In this document: positions 48,946 through 58,677 of the stretch, one piece after another | How the letters are laid out: each line of letters opens with the position of its first letter | Position numbering within the stretch: the first letter of the stretch is position 1 | NCBI GenBank assembly: GCA_963794945.1 | Contig: CAWCFT010000001.1 | Coordinates: forward strand, 256,001 to 320,000 | Length of the DNA stretch: 64,000 nt | Origin: Endomicrobiales bacterium | Lineage (GTDB): Bacteria; Elusimicrobiota; Endomicrobiia; Endomicrobiales; CAWCFT01 | Direction: 5' to 3' | The notes under the pieces: generated by a model | Told to the model about the DNA's origin: nothing | Seen by the model: the letters and a program-made list of their open reading frames with translations, nothing else | Database searches by the model: none | Program-made: the position numbers and the translations under genes

Positions 48946-50436
48946 TTAACTTCTTGGAACGGCCGGTGTTTTGCGAAGTATATTCATAACGAACTGTACG
49001 GCATCTATAATATATTTCTCTATGAAAAACCCAAAATATCTGCTCTTCCAGCGCCAGCGGAACACGGGGTCAATCAGCGCATAGAACCATTTCCTCAAAA
49101 AGAAATCATCGGGTTTCTTGAAGAATCGGCGTAGGATGTAAAGTGACACCGCGGATGCGTACCTGCTATATTTTCTCGGTAGCCAGGGATTTTTGTATGC
49201 GTAGAGGTCCATACTGCTCCACTCCTCAAGCGAGGCCGGCGGCTTGAACCCGTATTTTACTGCACGTCCATACAGATCGCTACCCGGGTATGGCGTGTAG
49301 GTAAATATATAGGCATCGGTAACGCAGCTGGCACCGGAAGAAAACATACGGTCAAGCAGGGATATAGTAGCATCGAACTCTTTTTTCGGATCCTGGCCGG
49401 GAAGCCCTATCATGAGCGAGACCCAGAGGTTGAACTGGTGTTTGGAGGCGAGCTGGAAAAGTTTGAACGTGTCTTCAACGGTGTTCTTCTTTTTAATAAG
49501 ATCAAGCACGGACTGGTCGCCTGATTCCGCGCCTATGAGCAGTTCCCGGAAACCCGCCCTTCGCATAAGTTCCCACTCATTATCGCTGTAGGTAAGCAGT
49601 GCATCCACTCGCGCGTTGACACCGAAGAATATCACTCTTATACCTCGCTCAGTAAGCAGCCCGCATATCTTTAAGACTCGGTTCTTATCAACGAAAAAAT
49701 TGCTGTCCCTTAAGAGTATTGATTGAACGCCGTATTTATTTACTATAGAAGCTATCTCGTCAACGGTCCTCTCGGCGCTCAGGGCCACCCACTGCCTCCG
49801 GCAAAACACCGTTTCCGCGCAGAACCCGCACTCAAAAGGACAACCTTGAGAAGAATAATATGCCAGGAACCGGCCCCACTTAGGGTCAAAGTTTGTGTAA
49901 CGGCCGCTGTCAATCATATCCCATGGCAGCGCAGGGAACTCGTCGAGCTTCTGAAATTTGCGCGGCGGGTTGTCTTTAAGCTCTCCATCTTTTTTAAACG
50001 AAATGCCTTCTATACTTTCGAGCGGCAGCTTGTTTGCCAGGGCTTCAACAACTTCCCTGAAAGCCGACTCTCCCTGGCCTTTTATAACAATGTCGACACT
50101 GGGATCGCTCAAGGTCTCAACGGGCAGTATGGAAGGGTGATACCCTCCCCAAATTATAGGCGTGTCCGGAGACAGGCTTTTAACCAGCCTGGCTATCTTG
50201 AGGCCTTCCCTTATCTGGAACCCCGTCATGGCGGTTATTCCGACGCAAAGCGCGCCGTCCCTAACATTCCCCGTTATCTTCTCTATAAAATCACTGTCTA
50301 CGGTAGCGTTTACCATAACAACCTGGTAACGGTTTCTATCCAGCACCCTCGAGATCGCTAGGAGATTTAGCGGGAGAGATTTCTTCGCGTTCGGCACCGG
50401 AGTCGGATAAAAAAGTATTACTTTGCCATTCGGCAT
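48946..50436 (-). CDS. Cobalamin-binding radical SAM enzyme (class B methyltransferase-like)
   Basis: WGGYHPS, GQGE, SQGCPFECGFC, DSNF, GAESG, TPYPGS. Confidence 0.9.
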   Translation of the reverse strand: MPNGKVILFYPTPVPNAKKSLPLNLLAISRVLDRNRYQVVMVNATVDSDFIEKITGNVRDGALCVGITAMTGFQIREGLKIARLVKSLSPDTPIIWGGYHPSILPVETLSDPSVDIVIKGQGESAFREVVEALANKLPLESIEGISFKKDGELKDNPPRKFQKLDEFPALPWDMIDSGRYTNFDPKWGRFLAYYSSQGCPFECGFCAETVFCRRQWVALSAERTVDEIASIVNKYGVQSILLRDSNFFVDKNRVLKICGLLTERGIRVIFFGVNARVDALLTYSDNEWELMRRAGFRELLIGAESGDQSVLDLIKKKNTVEDTFKLFQLASKHQFNLWVSLMIGLPGQDPKKEFDATISLLDRMFSSGASCVTDAYIFTYTPYPGSDLYGRAVKYGFKPPASLEEWSSMDLYAYKNPWLPRKYSRYASAVSLYILRRFFKKPDDFFLRKWFYALIDPVFRWRWKSRYFGFFIEKYIIDAVQFVMNILRKTPAVPRS

Positions 50437-50582
50437 TTAGTTACCTCGAATAATACAGCTAAAGCGATACGACATTTTAGCGAAATCGGCACCTTTAGGC
50501 AAGTACAGCGGGCCTGATCTGTCCGAAAGAACCGTCAAAAAATGGTATAATAAATGCAACGCAACATCCTAAGGAGAATTAC

Positions 50583-52246
50583 ATTTTTCTTCCAACAACA
50601 AAACAGGAACTAGATAAACTCGGCTGGGACAGGCCAGATATTATCCTTGTCACGGGCGACGCCTATATAGACAGCCCGCATGTGGGCGTTTCAGTTATAG
50701 GCAAATATCTTTCGGCTAAAGGGTTCAACGTTGCGGTGATCGGCCAGCCGTCAATAGACAGTGATTCCGATATCGCGCGGTTAGGAGAACCTAAACTTTT
50801 CTGGGGAGTTACCGCAGGCTGCATTGACTCTATGGTGGCTAACCACACCGCGCTTAAGAAATGGCGCAAACAAGACGACTACACCCCTGGCGGTGTCAAC
50901 AAAAGGCCCGACCACGCCTGCGTTGCGTATACAAACCTCATCAGGCGATACTTCAAGAACACTCAACCTATAGTACTTGGCGGCCTTGAAGCGAGCCTAA
51001 GGCGTATAGCTCACTACGATTACTGGGATAATTCTGTAAAACGTTCTATACTGTTTGACGCGAAAGCCGACGTGATAGCTTACGGCATGGCTGAGAGGAC
51101 TGTTTTTGAACTTGCTTCAGCGATAAAAGAAGGCAGGGATTGGAAACAACTTTGCGGTATATGTTACGCCGCTGACAAGCCTGAGGAAAACCTTGCAAAA
51201 CTTCCATCTTTCGAAGAAGTGAAAGACGACAAAAGAAAGTTCTTGCAGATGTTCAACATCTTTTACAAGGACTGCGACGACGCCTCAAAAGGCTTTGTGC
51301 AGAAACACGGCGACAAGTTCCTTATACACAACCCGCCTTTGCCTCCGCCATCTCCGAAAGAGCTCGACGAGGTCTACGAACTCGATTTTGAACGCGACGC
51401 CCACCCTTACTACAAAACAGGCGAAATACGAGCGCTGGAAACTATCAGACAGTCTATCACATCCCACAGGGGGTGTTACGGCCAGTGCAGTTTTTGTTCG
51501 ATAGCACCTCACCAGGGAAGAAGGGTAGTATCAAGGAGCACGGCATCGATACTAAGAGAAGCGGAAAAAATATCGCAGCTGCCAGGCTTTAACGGCATAA
51601 TTTATGACGTGGGCGGGCCGACGGCGAATATGTACGCCTCGGAATGCCTCAAAGGCGGTGTCCCTTGCAAGCACAGAAGTTGTCTTGTCCGCAACCATGC
51701 GACAAATTGAGGTTCGGCCACAAAACTCAGATAAAGCTGCTGGCTGATATCTTGAAGATACCGAAAGTTAAAAAGGTATTTATTTCGACGGGGGTGCGCT
51801 ACGACATGGTTGTGGCGGATAAAACTTCCGGCAGGGACTATTTAAAACAGCTAGTGAAATACCACGTTTCTGGACAGATAAAAATAGCGCCGGAACATTA
51901 CGACAACGAAGTCCTTGCGCTTATGAACAAACCTTCAATAAAACCGCTTATGAGATTTAAAACTCTTTTTGATGAAGTATGCCGTGAAGAAGGAAAGCGC
52001 TATTTCCTGACATATTACCTTATCGCGGCCCACCCCGGTTGCACAACAGCTCACATGTTCAGGCTTAAAGATTTTCTGCGCGGAGGGATAAAGGCACTAC
52101 CGGAACAGGTACAGATATTCACTCCCACGCCTTCAACGCTCTCGACAGCCATGTTCTGGTGCGAAACCGACCCGTCAGGCAGGAAAATATTCGTTGAGAA
52201 ATCAACTTATGAAAAGCAGAGACAGAAAGACATTATAAGAAGATGA
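50583..52246 (+). CDS. ygiQ: YgiQ/UPF0313 radical SAM protein; start ambiguous, apparent indel near 51690
   Basis: FLPTT, VTGDAYIDSP, EASLRRIAHYDYW, HRGCYGQCSFC, GGPTANMY, AAHPG, QVQIFTPTP. Confidence 0.88.
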
Positions 52247-52264
52247 TCGGGCTTTAAATATTTT

Positions 52265-54478
52265 TCATCTCCCGTGCCACCCTCCGCCGCTCCTACCGCC
52301 ACCCCAACCGCCGCCAGTTCCACCGCCTCTCCAGCTGCCACCCTCATGCCCTCCCCAGTTGCCGCCAGTTCCACCACCAGACCAACCGCTTGTATTTTCT
52401 TTAAAACTACTATATCGGGATTCACCCTGTTCGTGAGCAACAGCCTGCCTGTTTAAACTGCTCTGTTCACTGCTGATCGGAGCTTTTGACGGCACACTTA
52501 AATTCTCCCATCGGCACGCTGCTGCTTTGTTTGTAAACATGGCCGTTTGGCGTACCATAAATACGTTGACTGGAGCCAACTGACCTTGTCCCTACCAATC
52601 CAGCTTTAAACACGTTATGTACTGCCTGTTGGTGCCCGACTACCATAATACCTGTCCTTGAATTGTATGCCCTTCCGAAATGGCTCATGTCGGAATAAAA
52701 CCGATGGGCTCCTTCACGATAAAAGGACCTGTTGTAACCATTGAAACCGGTGCTTAACTCCCACGGGTGGAATCTGTAGTGAAAATCGTGCCTCCAACCA
52801 TAAAACGGTCCCCAATAAGGGAAAGGAGGATAATACCACCATGGCCCAAAACCCCAGCCAAAACCAAAACTGAAGCTCCAGCCGTACCAGGGTGTCCAGC
52901 AAAGCTCCGAACCATAGCCATATGTATCCATGGGACAATACCACACAGAACTGCCTACATATGATGGGTACGCATAACCTGTACCGTAAACGACTGTTCC
53001 ATCATTGCTTACGACCGTACCATAATATCCCGGGGTATAGCCAACATAAACCGACTGTGCGTCCGAATTATAAACCTTTACATAAGTAACGTAATGCAGC
53101 GGAGATTTTACCGGTATCGAATAAATAACCGCCGGAACAAAATCAGCCACGACCCAGGGGCCGTTCACATCTTTAGCCTTATACCATACCCCGTTATAGA
53201 CCGCATACCAGTTATTCTCGTCTACCTTTATTACCGGTATTGAACAGTTAAATACATAAGAAAGCCCGGTGCCTTCAATAGGCCTGAGCTGCGGAGTGCC
53301 GTCTATTTCAAGCGTCATTTTTGTTGTTACCCGGTCAACTTTTGTAGTGGAAGGAATACTGTTCGCTATTATCGCTTCCTGCGCTTGATGAGTACCTGAA
53401 ACAGACGCTTTTACGTTCTCTTTCTGGGTTTTATCAGGAATTTTCGCGAAGTCATCCGGGATCTTGTTAGAAGGCACATATACCCAGGACCCGGTTTCCG
53501 AAGGCGATTTAAACCATCTGCCTGATATCAGAACATATATGTTCTGATCTTCAGTATCCCTGAATATGTTGGCTGATGTATTTGAAACATACAACAGCTT
53601 GGTCCCTTCGATAGGCACGTAATTAGGTTCCCCATCGGTAACCATGAGTTCTGCAGGCGTCTTAGATATAAAAATCAAGGGAGTAAGTTTCAAAAGAGTC
53701 GGTTTATTGCCTGCCTGATCGGCTTCCCCTTCCAGAAGGTCAACTCCCTCCGGCTTTTCGAGCGCCGCTATGTCCGATGGTGTATTTTGGGATATTGTCC
53801 ACACCCCGTTAATGTCCGATGCGGTCATGTAACCGTCAAATACATGCAGATAATATTTCCCTGTTTTGTCTTTAATAAGAAAAACCCGGGTATTAAGTAC
53901 CCTCGAGAGGCTCGTGCCTTTTATGGGTGTGTAGGCTGGCTCTCCATCAATATTAACAAGCACTGCCGGCTTATTTGAGAATATTATCTTTGGAGGAGTA
54001 TTGTTCAGCGCGTAAGACTCTCCTTTTTCCTGTTCCTCAAGTATTGCGAGATTTGCCTCAAGCCTGTCAAGGGACATGCCTTTCATCTGAAGCGGGCAGC
54101 CTGGCGCAATATATTCAAATAACTTTGTTCCTGTTCGGGCAGTGAAGGGAATTTTACGCTGTCTATCTGTAGCTTGTCAAACTTAACAAGTCTTTTGTCC
54201 TTATCTACTATAGTATTGAAAGTAAAACTCGCGACGCCGTACGAGATCTTTTTCTCGTCAGTGGAGCTATTCGCACCAATAGCGCAATGAACGTGAAGTA
54301 TATAACCGTCCCAGCTGTCTATTTGGGGCTGGTACACTTTAAAGGCAACGCCCTGCGCGTTAATTGTCAAAGGCCATTGGTCATCAGTTTGCGCGGGAAC
54401 ATCTTGAGCTGTCGCGCAGATAAAAGATTGCGCCGCTAACGCAACAATACATAATCCTGACATTATCAATCTTTTCAT
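52265..54478 (-). CDS. Large secreted protein with aromatic/Gly-rich tail; apparent indels near 54090 and 52500
   Basis: Three overlapping ORFs (54083-54478, 52467-54086, 52265-52579) join into signal peptide, YQPQIDSWDG domain, repeated GEP.Y.PI.GT.L modules, W/Y/G-rich segment and GGW tail. Confidence 0.7.
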
Positions 54479-54508
54479 AGATGCGCCCCTTTTAAAGCAA
54501 AAAGAATA

Positions 54509-54627
54509 GTGAAACTCCGCCGGCAGGAGCTGGCGGCTTCTTTTACTACGCCAACAACCTGCGTCTCGCCTTTGGCGGCCGCCGATTCATTCCCAAGCAT
54601 AAGCTTTGGGGTTAAACATGGCGGGCC
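54509..54627. mobile_element. Two-hairpin mini-element resembling fused IS200/IS605 ends
   Basis: GAAACT-CCGCCGGC-AGGA-GCTGGCGG and CCGCCGATTCAT-TCCCAAGC-ATAA-GCTTTGGGG..GGCGG; no ORF. Confidence 0.4.
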
Positions 54628-54649
54628 AAATTCTTCGAATATATTATAT

Positions 54650-55920
54650 CACTTCTGTCCGGTTAAAAAGCGAACGCCATTGTTAGTTGGCGGTCTGTGT
54701 TTTTGATTTTAGGCAGCAATCGATCATTCAAATTAAGTAAGTCAATGAGATTGAGGCGTTCAAGAAGCGTTTCCTGAATGACTTTGTGCAGGTAGAACAG
54801 TGAATATTTATATTTTGACTGATATTTGATGTAAGACAGAAGCAAGTAGTAGCACATGGCAATCCAGATCTGCGTAAGCACAGCGTTCTTTGAAGTGCCA
54901 AAGAATGTTTTGATTTTAAGGTTCTGCTTGATCCACTTGAAAAAGACTTCAACTTGCCAGCGGGCTTTATAGATACCAGCAATAGTAGAAGCGGCAAGCT
55001 TGAAGTTGTTGGTAATAAAAACAAGCAGTTTATCGGTTTGCTTGTCATAGTAACGGATCAAGCGCAGTTCTTTGGGATAATCCTGCTTCTGATAAAAGCC
55101 GTTCAAGGCGATAATTTCATCTGAAATTACGCTGTTTTTTGATGATTCAGGATGCTGTCCGGAAACAGTGTAATTGATGTTGTCTTTGGCTCTGGTAACG
55201 AAGAAAGCGCCTACTGTGTCTATTGAATTAAACCAGGCAAAGTCTATATAGCCCTTGTCCATGCAGTAGATGCTGTCCGGCACAATGTCAAAAGAAGAAC
55301 GGGCAACGGTTATTTCGTGCTTTTTGGCATCTGTGACAACCATGAACGTGGGTATCTGCCCGGCATGGTCTAACTGGCAATGCAGTTTTATAGCCCCTTT
55401 GGTAGTGCGGAATTTTGCCCATGAAAACATTGACAGGCACAAGTCAATGACTGTGGCGTCAAAAATGAACAATGGGTTTTTAAACTTGAATTTGTGTGTA
55501 GGGGTTATATTCTTACAGCGTTCAAGCAAGGCATAAAACAACCCTTCATATATGCGGTAGTCGCGTTTCTGGTTGGCATCGGCAAGAGTAGAACGGCGCA
55601 CAATGGCAAGGCCGACATGGTAGAGCTTTCCGGCTTGCGCCAGAAAAGCATTAACAATATCACGCAAGCTGTCCTTGCCGCTGATTTGGGCATAAAGCAT
55701 GACTGTTAGTTGTTTCCAGCAATTGAAGGTTTTGACGTATCTGTCCCCGAAATGACGAGAAACGAGGTTTTCAAAACGATGTCTCGGAATAAACGTTTGC
55801 AATTGGTTCATGATAGTGTTATAATGCATCTTATCAATCCTCCGTCAGTAGATTTGTTCCTTTGCAGAAACATTCTACCTGATCGGGGGATTTTATTCAA
55901 ATTTTAACCGGACAGGTCTG
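54650..55920 (-). mobile_element. IS4-family insertion sequence, 1271 bp
   Basis: Terminal inverted repeats CACTTCTGTCCGGTTAAAA / CAGACCTGTCCGGTTAAAA (16 of 19) enclosing one transposase. Confidence 0.9.
54663..55829 (-). CDS. IS4-family DDE transposase (DUF4372 plus DDE_Tnp_1)
   Basis: DSLRDI, RSTLADAN, FDATVI, DKGY, YKARWQVEVFFKWIKQNL (YREK motif). Confidence 0.95.
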   Translation of the reverse strand: MHYNTIMNQLQTFIPRHRFENLVSRHFGDRYVKTFNCWKQLTVMLYAQISGKDSLRDIVNAFLAQAGKLYHVGLAIVRRSTLADANQKRDYRIYEGLFYALLERCKNITPTHKFKFKNPLFIFDATVIDLCLSMFSWAKFRTTKGAIKLHCQLDHAGQIPTFMVVTDAKKHEITVARSSFDIVPDSIYCMDKGYIDFAWFNSIDTVGAFFVTRAKDNINYTVSGQHPESSKNSVISDEIIALNGFYQKQDYPKELRLIRYYDKQTDKLLVFITNNFKLAASTIAGIYKARWQVEVFFKWIKQNLKIKTFFGTSKNAVLTQIWIAMCYYLLLSYIKYQSKYKYSLFYLHKVIQETLLERLNLIDLLNLNDRLLPKIKNTDRQLTMAFAF

Positions 55921-55994
55921 ATAAATTTATATATCTGAACGTTCTTACTGTGCACGAGCTATGAGCGCTTATATTAAAAAATAATGCTTTCTGC

Positions 55995-56023
55995 TTGACA
56001 TGTGAATCAATTTGTTATAAAAT
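55995..56023 (+). promoter_or_regulatory. Sigma70 promoter for zapB-zapA-6S
   Basis: TTGACA-17-TAAAAT. Confidence 0.7.
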
Positions 56024-56030
56024 TTAATCG

Positions 56031-56258
56031 ATGGAAAGATTGGACATACTAGAAAAAAAAGTTCATCAGGCGGCTGAACAGCTGTCGAAACTGCGTCAAG
56101 AAAGTATTAAGATGCGCAGCGAGATCCAATTCCTTGAGGAAGAGAACAAAAAAGCTAAACTTCTTCTTCAAGATGGGACAAAGTGGCAGGAGCAAAAGAA
56201 GGCTGTCACTACTCGCATAGAAAAGATAATTAAGAAATTAAGCGCTTTGGGCGCATAA
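56031..56258 (+). CDS. Coiled-coil ZapB-like cell division protein
   Basis: LEKKVHQAAE..LEEEN..W..RI; directly upstream of zapA. Confidence 0.7.
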   Translation: MERLDILEKKVHQAAEQLSKLRQESIKMRSEIQFLEEENKKAKLLLQDGTKWQEQKKAVTTRIEKIIKKLSALGA

Positions 56259-56270
56259 CGGGTTACATAA

Positions 56271-56555
56271 ATGAACAAGATCACAGTGAATATTCTGGGG
56301 CGAACATATGACGTGCAGGCATCACCTGGTGATGAACTGCTTATTTATTCTCTGGCGGAATACGTAGAACAGAAGATTAACGAAGTGCAACGTGACACCG
56401 GCATGGTAGACACGCAGAAATTGGCGATTTTGGTCGCTTTGAATATCGCGGATGAGTATTTTCGCCTTAAGAATTCACGCGAAAATGTTTCGGTAAACCT
56501 GGATAAAAAAGCAGAAGAAATGATCAAGACCCTTGACCGGGCGTTGACTGCTTGA
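56271..56555 (+). CDS. zapA: Cell division protein ZapA
   Basis: VNILGRTY, LAEYVEQKI, LVALNIADE. Confidence 0.92.
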   Translation: MNKITVNILGRTYDVQASPGDELLIYSLAEYVEQKINEVQRDTGMVDTQKLAILVALNIADEYFRLKNSRENVSVNLDKKAEEMIKTLDRALTA

Positions 56556-56569
56556 CATATCCCGTTCTT

Positions 56570-56721
56570 ATCCCTGCGGTGTTGGTGAAGATTATCTGAT
56601 TTAAGCCGACAAGTTCCTTTTCGGGAGCGATAAAAGATCCGGCGGCATCGTGCCGCCAGTCTTCGCACCCACTTAATTAACTGGGACTTAAATCGATAGT
56701 CAGCACGGCACTCGCGGGGAT
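56570..56721 (+). ncRNA. ssrS: 6S RNA
   Basis: Rod fold: ATCCCTGCG pairs with CGCGGGGAT; ATTATCTGATTTAAG pairs with CTTAAATCGATAGT; central bubble; canonical position after zapA. Confidence 0.8.
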
Positions 56722-56730
56722 TTATTATAT

Positions 56731-58047
56731 ATGGAGACCACGGATCTCTTCGGGACAAAGAAAGTAAAACCTGAGAATATACCGCTTGCGCTTAGAATGA
56801 CGCCCTCCTCACTGGATGAGGTTATGGGGCAGGAAGATATACTGGGCGAAGGCAAACTTTTGAGAAGGTCCATAGAGACCGACCGGTTGAGTTCGGTCAT
56901 TTTCTACGGCCCATCGGGCGCTGGCAAGAGCGCTGTGGCTCGGATAATCGCCAAGACCACAGGCTCGCATTTCGAAGAAACGAACGCAGTGCTCATAGGC
57001 ATAGCGGACATAAGAAAGATACTCGAGCAGGCAAAACTACGCTTAACCGCTTCATCAAAAAAGACAATCCTCCTTCTTGACGAGATCCACCACTTCAATA
57101 AAACCCAGCAGGACGCGCTTCTTCCAGATGTCGAGAAAGGCAACATAACCCTTATTGGCATCACTACCGAAAACCCATATTTCTATGTCAACGCGGCCCT
57201 GCTTTCCAGATCCATTCTTTTTGAGTTCAAGAAACTGGATTGCGCACAACTCTCAAAGATAATCGATACGGCGCTCGCAGATAAAGATAAAGGCTTCGGT
57301 AGCCTTAGTGTAAATATCGAACCCGACGCGAGGAAACACCTTATCCTCAACTCAAACGGCGACGCGAGACGGCTTCTTAACGCGCTCGAAATAGGAGTAC
57401 TGTCTTCTAAGCCCGGTACTGACGGAACTATCAATTTCGATCTGCGGACAGCTGAAGGTTCGCTCCAGAAAAAATACATCTCATACGATAAATCCGGCGA
57501 CGAACATTACGACCACATATCCGCTTTCATTAAATCAATGAGAGGCTCTGACCCTGATGCGGCGCTTTACTGGATGTCCAAGATGCTTGTGGCCGGCGAA
57601 GACCCGTTGTTCATCGCCAGGCGCGTTATCATCTGCGCGTCCGAAGATGTCGGCAACGCAGACCCCATGGCGCTGGTGGTGGCGGCATCGGCGCTCCAGT
57701 CGATAGAGTTCGTTGGCCTGCCGGAAGGCAAGATACCGCTCGCGCAGGCAGTTGTTTACGTTGCTACCGCGCCGAAATCCAATGCGTCTTACATGGCGCT
57801 TAATAGTTCCGAACAGGAAGTAATGAAAGGTAGGAGCAGGCAGGTGCCAAACCATCTTAAAGACGCTACTATGGACGGCGAGGGCAAACGAGGCCATGGA
57901 GTGGGGTACAAGTACCCGCACGATTATCCAGGGCATTTCGTAGAACAGGAATACTGGCCCGACAAAAAGGTTTTCTATGTGCCGGGCAGCGAGGGTTATG
58001 AGACCGAGATCGCCAAAAGACTTGCGGGCTGGAGAAAGAAAAGCTAG
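56731..58047 (+). CDS. rarA: Replication-associated recombination protein A
   Basis: PLALRM, GPSGAGKS, DEIHHFNK, TTENP, SAFIKSMRGSDPDAA, EDVGNADP, YKYPHD. Confidence 0.96.
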   Translation: METTDLFGTKKVKPENIPLALRMTPSSLDEVMGQEDILGEGKLLRRSIETDRLSSVIFYGPSGAGKSAVARIIAKTTGSHFEETNAVLIGIADIRKILEQAKLRLTASSKKTILLLDEIHHFNKTQQDALLPDVEKGNITLIGITTENPYFYVNAALLSRSILFEFKKLDCAQLSKIIDTALADKDKGFGSLSVNIEPDARKHLILNSNGDARRLLNALEIGVLSSKPGTDGTINFDLRTAEGSLQKKYISYDKSGDEHYDHISAFIKSMRGSDPDAALYWMSKMLVAGEDPLFIARRVIICASEDVGNADPMALVVAASALQSIEFVGLPEGKIPLAQAVVYVATAPKSNASYMALNSSEQEVMKGRSRQVPNHLKDATMDGEGKRGHGVGYKYPHDYPGHFVEQEYWPDKKVFYVPGSEGYETEIAKRLAGWRKKS

Positions 58048-58606
58048 GCTCCGCGATCAGATGAAGAAAAAAAGGGACAGCATATCGGCCGCTTCCCGTG
58101 AGATCAAAAGCCGGAGTATAGCTTCGGAGGTAAGGAAGCTTGGGGTTTACACCAAGGCCAGGACCATAATGCTGTATATGAACATTGGTTCCGAAGTTGC
58201 GACCAAAGAGATGATAGAGATGGCTTTAAAGGACGGCAAGAAGGTTCTTATTCCATTTTTAGGGAAAACAAAAAAGAATATCAGGGCTGCGAAGATAGTG
58301 TCATTAGAAAAGGGACTAGTAAAAGGTGCGTTCGGGATAATGGAACCCGAACCGCGCTTATGCAGGGCGGTCCCAGAAGAAAACGTCGATATGGTAGTTG
58401 TCCCCGCGGTTGCCTATGATCTTTCCTGCCGCAGGATCGGATACGGCGGCGGTTATTACGACAGGTGGCTTAAGAAGGTTCCGGAAAAAGCCCGCGTCGG
58501 CGTAGCATATGATACGCAGGTCGTAAAAGAGATACCAGATTGCAGAGGCGATGTAAAGTTAAATATGATAGTTACTGAAACGAGAGTCATAAAGCGCAAA
58601 GCTTAA
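57998..58606 (+). CDS. 5-formyltetrahydrofolate cyclo-ligase (start uncertain)
   Basis: EVAT, FGIMEP, VVPAVAYD..RIGYGGGYYDR, IVTE. Confidence 0.92.
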   Translation: MRPRSPKDLRAGERKARLRDQMKKKRDSISAASREIKSRSIASEVRKLGVYTKARTIMLYMNIGSEVATKEMIEMALKDGKKVLIPFLGKTKKNIRAAKIVSLEKGLVKGAFGIMEPEPRLCRAVPEENVDMVVVPAVAYDLSCRRIGYGGGYYDRWLKKVPEKARVGVAYDTQVVKEIPDCRGDVKLNMIVTETRVIKRKA

Positions 58607-58677
58607 AAACCAACCGTTTGCACACGTGAAGTGAGGACGGGAAAAATGAAGTCTTTAAATCCAGAAAGGAGCAATAA

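Noticed and set aside
52274..52385. CCGCC/CCACC-rich DNA repeat
   Set aside because: Explained by Gly/Trp codons of the minus-strand protein tail.
54641..55930. Target-site duplication of the IS4 element
   Set aside because: The flanks (ATATTATAT / ATAAATTTA) are AT-rich but show no convincing direct repeat beyond AT.
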